Of a DNA stretch of 64,000 bases, positions 28,461-39,706 are shown piece after piece (the stretch's first letter is position 1; every line of letters begins with the position of its first letter). The DNA comes from an uncultured Methylomirabilota bacterium. Its GTDB lineage: Bacteria > Methylomirabilota > Methylomirabilia > Methylomirabilales > 2-02-FULL-66-22. Under the pieces are notes generated by a model that was not told the DNA's origin, searched no databases, and was given only the letters and a program-made list of their open reading frames with translations. Both the position numbers and the translations under genes were made by a program. The DNA is taken from contig OY970067.1 of the NCBI GenBank assembly GCA_963705305.1, positions 4,896,001 to 4,960,000 on the forward strand. Direction: 5' to 3'.

Positions 28461-29183
28461 ATGCGAAGTCTGCGGATCTTTCTCGTTCCCCTGGTAGTCC
28501 TGGGCGTTCTCACTGTCCTCCCTCCGCATGCGTCCGCGCAGGTAGTTCCCGGCTGGGATTTCTCCGTGTCGGGCTTCGGGGGGGGCGCCTTCCCGATCCA
28601 CAACGATGTCACCCTCTCGGCCCCCGGGGTGAGGGCGACCATGCAGGACATGAAATTCGATACCTCGGCTTCATACGGGGGAAAGGTAACGGCCTGGACG
28701 ACGCTCTTCCGCCAAGCGACCGGCTTCGATTTGGGGGCGGAGGTGGACGTGACGCACTATGACCCCAACCTGAGCCCCCAGGCTTTCGGGATGACCGGCA
28801 CGATCAGTGGGGTTCCCTTTGCCACTGCAGCGCGCTTAACCCAGAAGGTGGATATCGATTCCACCATCGTGGCCGGGAATATCCTCGCCCGCTACCCCCT
28901 GTTCGTAAGCGGGTTGTTCCCGAATGGCCGCTGGCAACCCTACTTCGGCGTGGGCGGCGGCGCCGATGTCGCGACGGCATCGGTATTGGGGTACAAGGAC
29001 ACCGACACGGCCGGCGTGGTCCAAGTGCTCGGGGGAGTGAAGTTCCTCCTCACGAAGAACATCGGGCTCTTTGTGGAGTACAAGTTCACCGACGTTGAGC
29101 ACACCTTCACCCTCGCCGGGGTGAACACCAAGACCACGCTGGATATCAACCATGTAGTGAGCGGCCTTGCGTTCCACTTCTAG
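28461..29183 (+). CDS. Outer-membrane beta-barrel protein
   Basis: Signal peptide (ASA-Q), WQPYFGVGGG, amphipathic strands, C-terminal aromatic LAFHF. Confidence 0.85.
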   Translation: MRSLRIFLVPLVVLGVLTVLPPHASAQVVPGWDFSVSGFGGGAFPIHNDVTLSAPGVRATMQDMKFDTSASYGGKVTAWTTLFRQATGFDLGAEVDVTHYDPNLSPQAFGMTGTISGVPFATAARLTQKVDIDSTIVAGNILARYPLFVSGLFPNGRWQPYFGVGGGADVATASVLGYKDTDTAGVVQVLGGVKFLLTKNIGLFVEYKFTDVEHTFTLAGVNTKTTLDINHVVSGLAFHF

Positions 29184-29314
29184 CTCATGGCCGCGGTCCG
29201 ATGTGCTCCCTTGCGAAGAAGCATTTGCTGATCGAGGCTGAGACGGCGGGAGGTTAGAGGACCACTTGGGGGGTTCCACCCCTCCCGGCCGGTCCGCGGC
29301 TGAGGGCCGGGTTG

Positions 29315-30511
29315 TCAGTGGCGATCGGAGCCGCCCGCCCCGCGGACGATGTGACGCGCTGCGCCCGAGCCCAGGAAGAACAGGTCCTGGGGGAGCACCG
29401 GGCGCTCTGGGAGCTCGAACTCCACCTCCAGCGTCTCACCCTCCCGGACGAGGGTCAGGCGGACCGTATCGCCGACCCGCAGCGGCTGCAGGGCGCGCGT
29501 GAGCTCCTCCGCGGTGGTCACGGGCTGGTCATTCACCTGCGTGAGCACATCGCCACCGAGGAGCCAGGAGTCGCCGCCGAGAACCACATCGACCCGTCCC
29601 CCCCGCACTCCGGCGTGCGCGGCCGGGCTCTCCGGCTCCACGACCTCGACGAGGAGGCCGTCCGGCACAGCGCGGCCTAGCATCTCCTTGAGGGCGGGGG
29701 TGACGAGATGGCCATCGATCCCGAGCCAGGGGCGGATGACGTGCCCGTGCGCGAGCAAGTCTGGGAGGACGCCCTTCACGAGATCGATGGGAATGGCAAA
29801 GCCGATGTTCTGGGCATTGGCCAGGATCGCCGTGGTCACCCCCACGAACTCCCCGCAGCGCGTCAGCAACGGCCCGCCCGAATGGCCCGGATTGATCGGG
29901 GCATCCGTCTGGATCACCGGCGTCGTCCAGCTGAAGGGCGTCGCGGCCTCCCGGCGGTCCAAGGCCGACACCACGCCCGTAGTCAGCGTCTGGTCGAGGC
30001 CCAGCGGGGTGCCGATGGCGAGGACGACGTCCCCCACTTGGAGAGCCCCCGACCGCCCCAGGGCCAGCGCCGGCAGCGAGCCTCGGGCGGGCCGGGGGAT
30101 GCGCACGACCGCGAGATCCAAGAGCGGATCCGTGCCGACTACCTCGCCGGGCACGGCGGTCTCGCCGACGCGGGCGACCGTGAGCGCCTGCTGCCCGAGC
30201 ACGACATGGGCATTCGTCAGCACGAGCCCGGACGCGTCGATGATCACCCCCGTCCCGACCGTGCGGCTCACCTGCCCGCTGATGTCGTAGGGGTTGAAGG
30301 CCAGCCCGCTGATCGCTACCACGGCGGGGGCGATCCGCGCGTAGATCGTGCGGACGGCAGCGGGACAGGCGCTTACCTCCGGGCGTTCCTCGCTATCTGC
30401 GTGCGGCGCGCTGGCACAGGCGACCAGGCTGATGACCACCCCCAACATGATGCCGACGGTGGAACAGCGCGGTCTTGGGACCGGATGGGTCTCAGCGGGC
30501 ACAATCGCCAT
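29315..30511 (-). CDS. HtrA/DegS-like serine protease with PDZ domain (lipoprotein-like)
   Basis: LTNAHVV, DLAVV, IQTDAPINPGHSGGPL, RPWLGI, C-terminal PDZ. Confidence 0.9.
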   Translation of the reverse strand: MAIVPAETHPVPRPRCSTVGIMLGVVISLVACASAPHADSEERPEVSACPAAVRTIYARIAPAVVAISGLAFNPYDISGQVSRTVGTGVIIDASGLVLTNAHVVLGQQALTVARVGETAVPGEVVGTDPLLDLAVVRIPRPARGSLPALALGRSGALQVGDVVLAIGTPLGLDQTLTTGVVSALDRREAATPFSWTTPVIQTDAPINPGHSGGPLLTRCGEFVGVTTAILANAQNIGFAIPIDLVKGVLPDLLAHGHVIRPWLGIDGHLVTPALKEMLGRAVPDGLLVEVVEPESPAAHAGVRGGRVDVVLGGDSWLLGGDVLTQVNDQPVTTAEELTRALQPLRVGDTVRLTLVREGETLEVEFELPERPVLPQDLFFLGSGAARHIVRGAGGSDRH

Positions 30512-30879
30512 CCTTCTTTCTCCTCCCGAATGGTGCACGAATCTCTCACTGTCTTGCCGGATCGCCCGCCGATCCCGTGGGGGACGCGGGTGCCCCGTCA
30601 CACCCCTTCGCCGTCAACTCCCGGACCCCGACGGAGGGACTCTATCACACCAAGCGGTCGCGGAGAAGGCAGCCCGCGCCGGCCGCCCCAGCGGCACCAG
30701 GCCATGCCTCGGCCCGGTGAGGCGCCGCTGAAAGCAGCGATTGTCGGCGTAGCAACCCAGGACCGGGCGGGACCGGCTCTCGGCGGATTACGGCCTGGCT
30801 CCGGCTGCACGGGGGGCCTCGGCCTGCGGAGCGAGCCGCCCGGATCTGGCGGGTGGAGGGGCGGAAGGCGACGAAACGC

Positions 30880-31502
30880 TAGCCCAAGCGCGGCCGGCTT
30901 TCGCTCAATGAGGGTCCCTGCTCGCGGCGTCGGCCCGAGGCCCCATTCATGTCTGGGCGTATGCCAGCCTGACCGATCACACGCTCGACGGGATAGCGGT
31001 CCGGCTCCTCGCGGTCCTGGATGAGTGCACCCGGAAGCGCCTGGCGATCGGGGCGGCTCGCCGGCTCGCGGCCGATGATGTGCTGGCGACCCTGACCACG
31101 CCGTTCATCCAGCGCAGTGTCCCGCAGCACCTCCGCTCCGACGCCGGCCCCGAGCTCTGCGCGAAGGTCGTGCGCGGCTGGCGCCCCTGGCTGGGCATCC
31201 AGACCCTGGTCCTCCAACCCGGGAGCCCCTGGGAGACCGGCGACACGGAGTCCTGCGCCGGGAAGCTGCGAGACGAGTTCTTAGGCCGGGAGCCCTTCTT
31301 TACCCTGCAGGGGGCCGAGATCCTGGTCGAGCGGTGGCGGCAGCACTACAATACCGTGTGTCCCCACAGCGCCCTGGACTATCGGCCCCCGGCGCCCGAG
31401 GCGCGATTCTGGCCCCCACTTGCAATGTCTCACCGATCGGAGATAGAGTCACTCGTTGCCGTGCACTAACCTCGGAGTGGACCAATCAGTGGGGGCAGGC
31501 CA
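30880..31502 (+). pseudogene. Degenerate IS3-family transposase (rve) remnant with right IR
   Basis: PKRGRL..., HVWAY, VLDECTR, LRSDAGPEL, PGSPWETGDTES, WRQHYN..PHSALDYRPP; ends ...GGGGGCAGGCCA; 5' half absent. Confidence 0.82.
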
Positions 31503-31667
31503 GCACGGGCTTTCGGGGGCTGGTAGAATAAAGAGAGATCTCTGGTCCATGCGGCATCTGTCGCAACCCTAGATCTCATCCTTTAGGGCCTTCTCGGAGA
31601 ACGTCGAGGCTATCTCATCGAACGGGATAACCCTGGCCCTACTGGGCAGGGGGAGAGAGAAGATGAC

Positions 31668-32318
31668 ATGAGCAAGACGACCATCGTGCTGGCGGATGAC
31701 CATGCCATTGTCCGCCAGGGCTTGCGGGCCGTGCTCGAGGCAACGTCGGAGTTCGCCGTCGTGGGTGAAGTGGCCGACGGACTGCAGGTCCCTGAGGTCG
31801 TGGAACGGCTGCGGCCAAACGTATTGGTTCTCGACCTGATGATGCCCGGCCTGAACGGCCTGGAGATTACCCGACAGGTCGGCAAGCGCTGCCCGCAGAC
31901 CCGGGTCGTCATCCTTTCCATGCATGCCGATGAGTCGTACGTCCTGGAGGCGCTCCGGAACGGGGCCATGGGATATGTCCTAAAGGACGCCAGCACGACT
32001 GAAGTGGCGCAGGCAGTGCGAGAGGCGGCCGCGGGACGGCGATATCTGGGTCAGCCACTGTCGGCGCGTGCGATCGAGGCCTATGCCGAGAAGGCCCAGG
32101 CCGCCCCCCTGGACCTCTACGAGACGCTCACGACCCGGGAGCGGGAGATTCTGCAGTTAGCCGCGGAGGGCTTTAGCAGCACCGAAATGGCCGCCAGACT
32201 CGGCATCAGTCCCCGGACAGCGGACACCCACCGGGCCAACATCATGCGAAAGCTCGGTCTTCAAGGCCAAACTGACTTGGTTCGCTACGCCTTGCGGCGG
32301 GGGATCTTGCCCCCGTAG
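31668..32318 (+). CDS. NarL/LuxR-family response regulator
   Basis: LADDHAIVRQGL, LDLMMPGLNG, LTTREREILQL...ISPRTADTHRANIMRKL. Confidence 0.95.
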   Translation: MSKTTIVLADDHAIVRQGLRAVLEATSEFAVVGEVADGLQVPEVVERLRPNVLVLDLMMPGLNGLEITRQVGKRCPQTRVVILSMHADESYVLEALRNGAMGYVLKDASTTEVAQAVREAAAGRRYLGQPLSARAIEAYAEKAQAAPLDLYETLTTREREILQLAAEGFSSTEMAARLGISPRTADTHRANIMRKLGLQGQTDLVRYALRRGILPP

Positions 32319-32642
32319 GACCGGGCCAGAGAACGAACCGAACATCCCGAAAGGGACTGTCTTCCATCTGGTCGTTCGCTTGCCTGATGTCACCTGCCTC
32401 CCCCTTATCCGCAGTTAGTTCTGCCCCGAAAATTTTCGCTTCCAGCGCACGTGATCCTAGAGAGCGGCGTTCCCGTGGGCGAAGTAGGAATGCCTGGGCC
32501 ATGCCTGCCAAAAATGCGAAAAGTTTGCGCGAGAAATACGTTGATCTACGGATGGACAAGCCGGATGGAAAGGAGCACATTGCGTGTCACAGACACCCAA
32601 AGTCCTTATCCAACACAAGGCAATCAGGGTCGCGGAGGGTAA

Positions 32643-33062
32643 TTGGCCCAAATCTCAGTCCTCCTGGTGGACGATAACCCTGGCTTCCTCCGCACCCTGG
32701 CCAGCTTTCTGGAGAGGTCTGCCCAGGGTGAGCTCGTTATCGCCGGCACCGCCCTGGGGGGGAAGGAAGCCCTGACAAAAGTCCAAAGCCTCCGGCCGCA
32801 GGTCATCCTCATTGATCTCGCCATGCCGGATCTCCATGGCTTGGAAGCCATTCCCCAGTTGCGAAGCATGCTGCCCGATGCGGGAATCGTTGCTCTAACC
32901 TTCCTTGATTCAGAATGTTACCGGCAGGCGGCTCTAGAAGCGGGCGCGAACGACTTCGTCTCGAAGACCAGATTGGATACCGAGCTCCTGCCGGCCATCT
33001 GGAAGCTCGGAGAGGGTAGCCGCCCCCGGCAAGGGCGGCGGAACGATCCTGGACCGGCATAG
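32643..33062 (+). CDS. Single-domain response regulator receiver
   Basis: TTG start after GGAGGG; LLVDDN, LIDLAMPD, FVSK. Confidence 0.85.
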   Translation: MAQISVLLVDDNPGFLRTLASFLERSAQGELVIAGTALGGKEALTKVQSLRPQVILIDLAMPDLHGLEAIPQLRSMLPDAGIVALTFLDSECYRQAALEAGANDFVSKTRLDTELLPAIWKLGEGSRPRQGRRNDPGPA

Positions 33063-33303
33063 CTCTAATCGACAACAACCTTCGATGCCCCTGTCTCGCC
33101 TTGGGGCTTTGGCGGAGGATGATGTCGGATGAGCGTAGATGTGAGGGCGGGGGCGAAGATGGGTGCGCAAATCTTGGAAGGTTCTGGGGCGGGGGGAGCC
33201 TTCCGGACGCTGACAGCACCATTTGACCGGGAGCGTGAACGAACAACTCGGCGCTAGGGTAAGCGCAGGCTGGCACACCCTCCTACGAGAGAGGGAGCAG
33301 AAG

Positions 33304-33582
33304 ATGGCGACCATTGTTGAGTACACCGACCAGAAGCCTCCTACGAACCAGTACCCGGCTCGCATCATCTCCCCCCTGCGCTCGGGCCCGTGCTGCTTCA
33401 CCAAGATGGAGGAAATCGGGACCCCCGAGCAGGACTGTCGTTGGCTTTTCCAGTACAGGCGCTGCAAGGAGTGTGGGTTTGCGGTGCGGGTGATCGTGCG
33501 GGAGCTTCCGGATGAGGCCCTGGCGGCCGAGCTGAGGAAGACTCTTGAGACTGCCTTCACCCGCAACGATCCGGATTTCTAA
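33304..33582 (+). CDS. Small Cys-containing (zinc-ribbon-like) hypothetical protein
   Basis: RBS GAGGGAG; PCC...YRRCKECG; 92 aa. Confidence 0.65.
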   Translation: MATIVEYTDQKPPTNQYPARIISPLRSGPCCFTKMEEIGTPEQDCRWLFQYRRCKECGFAVRVIVRELPDEALAAELRKTLETAFTRNDPDF

Positions 33583-34386
33583 GACTCATCGTCTGCTGCC
33601 GTGTCGCACACAAGGGGCGCTCCTGGCGTCGGCCTTTGCGCAGTTCGATGAGAATCACCGCCAGCCCGATGCGAGCGAACCGACGTTGTTGCACAGGGGC
33701 CAGGCGCGAACGGTTGCCTCTAGCAGGCCAAATGGGACACCAACCTGGTCTCTGTCATCCGGCGACTCGGCGAGGGCACCGCTCTCTGGCCAGGGCGACC
33801 GAAGGCTCCTGAGCCGGGGTAGCCCAGAACCGGGGACAACCGTCGGGGCCGCTGGCTGGTCTCGGCACCTTAATGGGGGAGGATGCCGGACGAGGAGAGG
33901 GGGGACGGCGCAGCGGCAAGGGGGTGAGCGCATCCTGGAAGACTCTCGAGGGGCTTTCCGGGGGGCTCGCATCGCCAGAGGAGCCCCTCGCACGTGCGAG
34001 ACCATTGGGGAATTGCTCCAGGCGAGGACATCTCGGACCGAGGGACGCCATACGCAAAGGGGCGTTCCGGAGGGGCCAAAGGGGCGATCTCGTTTCTACC
34101 ACGGAGAATATGCAGGATAGAATCAACGGGAATGGACCAGGGGGCAAGCCCCGGGCCCCCGTTCCGCGGCGAGCCGCGGGGTATCGACCCTCATCGAATC
34201 AAGGCCTTTCGGATGCCGGCCTTCTGTCTTGGGTGGAGGGGTGACGTCGGAATGGGGGATGCAGTCAAGAGCTCGCAGGGGACGGGTGCGGCCTCGCGGA
34301 GCCCGCGTCCCCGTCTCGGCGCCGGGGGGGTCGGTGAAATCGCCCCCCAGGAAGGGTGTGCCGCGCGGAACCAAACGGAGGATGCC

Positions 34387-34803
34387 ATGAGGGATTGCGG
34401 AGGGGATCCCCAACGTCTCTTAGTCATCGATGATGACCCCGGATGCCGATGTACCTTCGGTTGCCTGCTCCGGAAGCTCGGACACACCGTGGAGGAGGCA
34501 GAGAGTGGTTCGGTGGGTCTCGCGATGCTTCGGCAGATTCCGGTGGACCTAGTCCTCACGGATCTCAACATGCCGGGACTCACCGGGTGGGAGGTGGCCC
34601 GTCTCGCGAAAGCCATGCACCCGGGCCTACCGGTGATCCTCATGACCGGGGGCGCGGCCACAATTCCCCCCGACAAACCCGAGCGCACCTGGGTAGACGC
34701 GATCCTCGCGAAACCCTGCGGGGTGGCGGAGATGCAGCGGGCGATTGGCCGGCTGACGCGGGACCTCGCCGACGCCGTGGTCCCGGCGGCCTCGGGAGTG
34801 TGA
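34387..34803 (+). CDS. Single-domain response regulator receiver
   Basis: RBS GGAGG; LVIDDDP, LTDLNMPG, LMTG, LAKP. Confidence 0.85.
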   Translation: MRDCGGDPQRLLVIDDDPGCRCTFGCLLRKLGHTVEEAESGSVGLAMLRQIPVDLVLTDLNMPGLTGWEVARLAKAMHPGLPVILMTGGAATIPPDKPERTWVDAILAKPCGVAEMQRAIGRLTRDLADAVVPAASGV

Positions 34804-35326
34804 GACCCGGGACGGAGCTGGGGCTCCATGACCCCAGTGGTGCGGCTTTCGTGCCTCCTAGGAGCCACGGGAGACACACGATCTGCCCTGAACATGCACG
34901 GCTCCCCAAAGCGCGCGAGCGCTCCCCGAGGGGGCAGGCACCCGTCGTATCGGAGAGGGCCCAGTCCATGGCCACGAACCTCGATTACAGGGATCGGAAC
35001 AGCCCCCAGGACCTGTATCCAAGGCGAATCACCTCCCCCGGTCGTCCCCAGCGTCGCTGCCATTCGGCTGGATGTGACCCGACGTAGAGGGCGGAAACGC
35101 GGAGGGCAGTGCGCAGCGGGACAGAACCCCGGCCGGCACTCGCCACCCAGACGACCGCCGCGCCGAGGCGTTTCAAGGTCCACCGATTCTGATGACGGAC
35201 CAATGGGCGCAGGCAATCAGCCTTGGGGAGCTTTCTTGGAGGGCAGGACTTCGTGGCCTCTGCCACCGGCAGAAGCCGGGACCTCTGAGGGTGGGCAAGC
35301 GACGCTGAAGAAAAAAGAGGCATGCC

Positions 35327-35665
35327 ATGGGGAGCATCCGCGGTTTTCGGTGCGAGTGGTGTCACGCCGAGGTGCTGGCGACCTCAACACGGGCGGGGAT
35401 CGGTCGCCCAGACTGGACACCGCCGGTCCTCTGCTGCGGCCAGCCTCTTCGCCCGCTGGAGACCGGGCACCTGCTGGCCGGATGGGTACCCCCGCGGCGT
35501 CTGGCCCGGTGCGTCCGGTGTGGACTCGAGTTGTACATCATCGTGCACCCCGTGGAGCCCCTGGTCTGCGCCATCTGCCAAGCCGAGTTTGTGGTCGACG
35601 GTCCGGAGACTGGCGCTCTCCTGTCAGGCCGAGGAATGAGTCCCGGGCGGGCTTCGGGCCGATGA
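35327..35665 (+). CDS. Small multi-Cys metal-binding hypothetical protein
   Basis: CEWC...CCGQP...CVRC...CAIC; 112 aa. Confidence 0.55.
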   Translation: MGSIRGFRCEWCHAEVLATSTRAGIGRPDWTPPVLCCGQPLRPLETGHLLAGWVPPRRLARCVRCGLELYIIVHPVEPLVCAICQAEFVVDGPETGALLSGRGMSPGRASGR

Positions 35666-36096
35666 TCTCGAGTCGAGAGCGCGCGTGGGCCCAGCTTGAT
35701 CGGAAGCCGCCGGCCCGCGCATTGCCGGAGACTGGAGCCGGCGAGATCCACAAGGCCAAGTGGGTGTGCAGAACGCACAGGAAAGTCCATGGATCCCGAG
35801 CATCGAGGAGTACCGGGAGTCCTGCACGACCTTTCACTTCGCCCAATGCGCTTGGCTCACAGGGGAGGGTGAGACCGGCGGATCGGTCGAGGCCGAGGAG
35901 AAGGTCTCTCGGCCGTGCGGAAAAATAGCTCCCCCGGGGGTGCGGTCACCGACTCTTGGCGATACCCGCCGACGGGCATGGTAGCCACCAGGGAACGCAC
36001 GCTTCCATTGACGTTGACCCATTCCTGCATAGACCCGTCAACCTGTTTCTCTCTTGCGGCAGCCAGGCAGGCTCATCCGCTTTGCGCCAGCCGCCC

Positions 36097-39060
36097 CTAG
36101 CTCTTCCTCTGAGGTTCGCCGCGGTCCCGAATGGCTGCTAACAGCGCATCCACGGATCCACTCTTAGCCAGGTAGGCCACCGCTCCCGCCTCCCGCATAG
36201 CTATGACCTGCGCGCTCTCCTCGTGCACGGAAAGGCCGATCACGCGGACGGTGGGACACGCCGCATGGATGCACTGCGTCGCCTCGATGCCGTTCATCCC
36301 CGGCAGGTCGATGTCGATGGTCACCACGTCCGGTACCAGTTGGCGCGTCAGGGCCACGGCGGTCCGGCCATCCGAAGCCTCACCCACTACTTCGATGTCC
36401 GGCTCTTCTTTGAGGAGCCGAACGAAGCCCTGTCGCACCACGAGGTGGTCGTCCACCACGAGGACCCGGATCCTCCTTTCGCCCCGCCCCGACGGAGCTG
36501 TCCCTGCCCTTTCGACGGCTCCCGATAACTCCTCCGCCCCCACCGGAATGGTCGCGGGTCCGGCTTCGGCCCTCGCATGCCGGGCGGGGATCCATAACGT
36601 GAAGCGGCTGCCCTGGCCGGGGACGCTCTCGATCTCCATCCGCCCCCCGAGCAGTTCCAACCGCTCGTGAATGCTGAAGAGGCCAAAGCCACCCGCGGTG
36701 CCGCCCGCCACCCGGAGCTGCGCCGGGTCGAAGCCCACCCCCGCGTCGGAGACGATGACTTGCACCTGGTCCTCGTGGCGGGTAAGCTCGACCTGGGCGG
36801 TCTCCACCTTTGCATGCTTCACGGCGTTGAGGAGCAGTTCCCGAATGGCCTGGAAGACCAGAGCGGCCGTTTCCTCGGTCTCCACCACGGTTGCCCCGTT
36901 CACCCGTAGAATGACAGCCAGGTTGTGCTTCTCCCCCATCCAGCGGGCCAACCATCCCAGGGCGGAGAGTAGGTTGCCTCGGTGCAGGATGGGCGGACTG
37001 AGTTCCTCGGTGAGCGACCGCGACGCCTGAATGGCCTGGAGGATCAGCTCCGTGGCCTCCTGACAGGTCTGGCGCACCGCAGGGTCGGCCGCTTGCGTTA
37101 GCGGGCCCACGAGCAGCTTCGCCCCCACAAGCAACTGCTGGAGGTCCCCGTGCAGCACCTCGGCCACCCGTCGGCGTTCCCGCTGCTCGGCCAGCGTCAG
37201 CTCCGCGGCCAGGGCCCGCAATTGGTCGTGGCTGTCGCGCAAGGCTGCGCGCGTCCGGACCGCCGTCATGGCGAGGACCAGGGTCTCCGCCAGTTCGCTG
37301 AGGGCCTGGATCTCGGGCGCCTGGAAGGCGTAGGGGTCCGGGGCGTAGATGGTCAGCGCCCCGAGGACCGTCTCCCCCTGGCGCAAGGGCAGCGCGATGG
37401 ATGACCGGTAGCCGCGCGCGAGGGCCTCCGCCCGCCACGGCGCCAGGCGCGGCTCGGTAAGGAAGTTCCCCCCGACCTGCGGCTCACCCCGGCGGATGGC
37501 CGCGCCGGTGGGCCCCTGGCCGCGCTCGGTGTCGGCCCAGCTGATCTGCGCGGCTTCGAGGTAGCCGTCGGCGACTCCCGCGGCAGCGGCCGGGACGACG
37601 CTCTGGCCGGCGTCATCGTGGGCCAGGCCCACCCAGGCCATCCGGTAGCCGCCGACCTCCACGGCGATGCGGCAGATCTCCTGCATCAGGCGCGGCTCGT
37701 CGTCGATGCGGGCGACCGCCTCATTGCAGGCGCTGAGCATGCGCAGGAGCTGGTTGGCCTGCCGGAGGTGGGCCTCGGTCTGTCGCCGCTGCACCGCTTC
37801 GTCTTGGAGGCTCGCCACCGTGTCGCGGAGCTCGGCGGTGCGCTCGCCCACCGTCCGCTCCAGCACGGCGTGGGCGTGCTCCAGGGCGGCCTGGGCCTTC
37901 TTGATCCCAGTGATGTCTGCCCCGGTCGTGATGAAGTAGTCCCCGAGCGGAACGCTGGTAAACCGGAAGTACTTGTCCAAATGGGGAAAGTAGTCCTCGA
38001 AGGACTCCGGCTCGCCGGTGGCCAGGATCTTCTCCACGACCGGCCGGTAGTGCGCGGCCGCGCCGGGGCCGAAGATCTCATCCGTGGTCTTCCCCCGGAT
38101 GGCGTCGAGCGGTTTGCCCCAGGTCGTGAGGGCGGGGGGGTTGGCGTCCACCAGGCGCCAGGTCATGATCCGCCCAGCCGCATCGCGGACGACCTCCCAG
38201 AAATGCACCTCCTCAGCCATGTGCTCAAACAGGGTTCGATACTTCGCCTCGCTCTCCCGCAGCGCCGCCTGGGCGCGCCGCCTTTCGGTGACGTCGTGGA
38301 ACACGATCACGACGCCTGCGATCGCGCCGGCCGCGTCCCGAATCGGGGCCGCGCTGTCTTCGATCAGGATCTCGTGCCCGTCGCGGGTCACGAGCGCGGC
38401 GTCGTTGGCCAACCGGACGGTCGTCCCCTCGCGCCGGACGCGGGCGGCGAGGTCCTCGGCTGGGCGACGGGTGCGCGCGTTGACGATTCGGAAGACCTCG
38501 GGGACCGGCTGCCCTGCCGCCTCGGCCTGGCGCCAGCTAGTCAGCCGCTCGGCCTCGCCGTTCAGGAACGTGACGTCGCCGTGGGGATCGGTCGCGATCA
38601 CCGCGTCGCCGATGCTGGCCAAGGTCACCGCCAGCAGTTGCCGTTGGCGCGCGATCTCGGCCGCCCCGCGGGCCTGTTCCACCTGCACCGCCAGGTCCTG
38701 GGCGTAGGTCGCCGCCCGCTGCCGGGCACGGTGATACTGCTCGGCAATGAGGCTCATGCCCCCGCCCAGGAGAACGAACAGCGTGAGCCCTACGGCATCC
38801 ACCCGGCCCGCAATCATGAACTGCCCCACGGGCGGCAGCACCCAGTAGTCGGCCAGCAGCGCCGACGCCGCTGTGGCCACCAGGCCCGCCCCCCACCCCC
38901 AGAGCGTAGCCGCGAGCATCACCGCGGGGTAGAAGGTGATGTATGACGGGAGGCCGGCGCCGAGGACGCCGGTCAGCCCGAAGCGCACGAGCAGCGCCGC
39001 CCCGCTTACCAGGACAGCAAGCCCGTACCGGGCCATCGGTCGCGTGCTGAAGGGCGTCAT
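36097..39060 (-). CDS. Hybrid membrane sensor kinase (4-TM DUF4118-like, PAS x2, GAF, NarX-type HisKA_3/HATPase, receiver)
   Basis: N-terminal TM region; TLASIGDAVIATD; EQRERRRVAEVLHGDLQQ; ELLLNAVKHA; DAGVGFD; C-terminal LVVDDH...TIDIDLPG. Confidence 0.92.
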   Translation of the reverse strand: MTPFSTRPMARYGLAVLVSGAALLVRFGLTGVLGAGLPSYITFYPAVMLAATLWGWGAGLVATAASALLADYWVLPPVGQFMIAGRVDAVGLTLFVLLGGGMSLIAEQYHRARQRAATYAQDLAVQVEQARGAAEIARQRQLLAVTLASIGDAVIATDPHGDVTFLNGEAERLTSWRQAEAAGQPVPEVFRIVNARTRRPAEDLAARVRREGTTVRLANDAALVTRDGHEILIEDSAAPIRDAAGAIAGVVIVFHDVTERRRAQAALRESEAKYRTLFEHMAEEVHFWEVVRDAAGRIMTWRLVDANPPALTTWGKPLDAIRGKTTDEIFGPGAAAHYRPVVEKILATGEPESFEDYFPHLDKYFRFTSVPLGDYFITTGADITGIKKAQAALEHAHAVLERTVGERTAELRDTVASLQDEAVQRRQTEAHLRQANQLLRMLSACNEAVARIDDEPRLMQEICRIAVEVGGYRMAWVGLAHDDAGQSVVPAAAAGVADGYLEAAQISWADTERGQGPTGAAIRRGEPQVGGNFLTEPRLAPWRAEALARGYRSSIALPLRQGETVLGALTIYAPDPYAFQAPEIQALSELAETLVLAMTAVRTRAALRDSHDQLRALAAELTLAEQRERRRVAEVLHGDLQQLLVGAKLLVGPLTQAADPAVRQTCQEATELILQAIQASRSLTEELSPPILHRGNLLSALGWLARWMGEKHNLAVILRVNGATVVETEETAALVFQAIRELLLNAVKHAKVETAQVELTRHEDQVQVIVSDAGVGFDPAQLRVAGGTAGGFGLFSIHERLELLGGRMEIESVPGQGSRFTLWIPARHARAEAGPATIPVGAEELSGAVERAGTAPSGRGERRIRVLVVDDHLVVRQGFVRLLKEEPDIEVVGEASDGRTAVALTRQLVPDVVTIDIDLPGMNGIEATQCIHAACPTVRVIGLSVHEESAQVIAMREAGAVAYLAKSGSVDALLAAIRDRGEPQRKS

Positions 39061-39706
39061 GACACGCTCCTGTCTGGGGCCGTCGGGCTCCGGCCGGAGG
39101 CCGGCCCAGCGCCGGACGGGGGCGAGGCGCCGGGCCGGGACCTCCGCGTTGATTGGGAGGAGTGCCTCGGAGACTATCGCCGGCCGATTCCGGCGTCAAG
39201 GTGGGGGCGGAGCGTGGGTGGGAGAGCAGACGACGCAGACTGGGTGGCGTCCATCGACAGGGCGGAGGGAGAGCGGCCGAGACACATCCTGGTCCTGACC
39301 ACCGGTGTTCTGGCAGACCATGGCTAGATCCGGGGATGGTTGGAATCGTGGTGGCCGCGGACGAAAGGAGGATGCTCCTGGCCAGCCGGATGGGGCCCTG
39401 GGGGGGTGAGCGGAACCGCAGTCCCCTCTGAGTCCAGTTGACGGCCCGGAGCTTGCCCTCGCTGCGGCCATCCAGGATGTGTCAGACCCCGATGCGGTGC
39501 CGTGGCCTCGCCGGCGGGGCCGCGCCCGGACCTCCGGTCTGTACCGGCAACAAGAGGTTCGCCCGGGGGCCCAGATCGGTATATACTCTATGCCTAGGGG
39601 AAGCCCTCGCCGGAGGGCAGCGGGGACTCATCCGGCACTGGAACGGGCGATCAGAAGTGTCAGTGGGCCTGCCGCGGCGGCGCGGAGGTCGAAGGGGAGG
39701 CAGCCC

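Noticed and set aside
29870..29890. HtrA active-site motif GHSGG instead of GNSGG
   Set aside because: The catalytic His/Asp/Ser are retained; a single substitution is not evidence of a new function.
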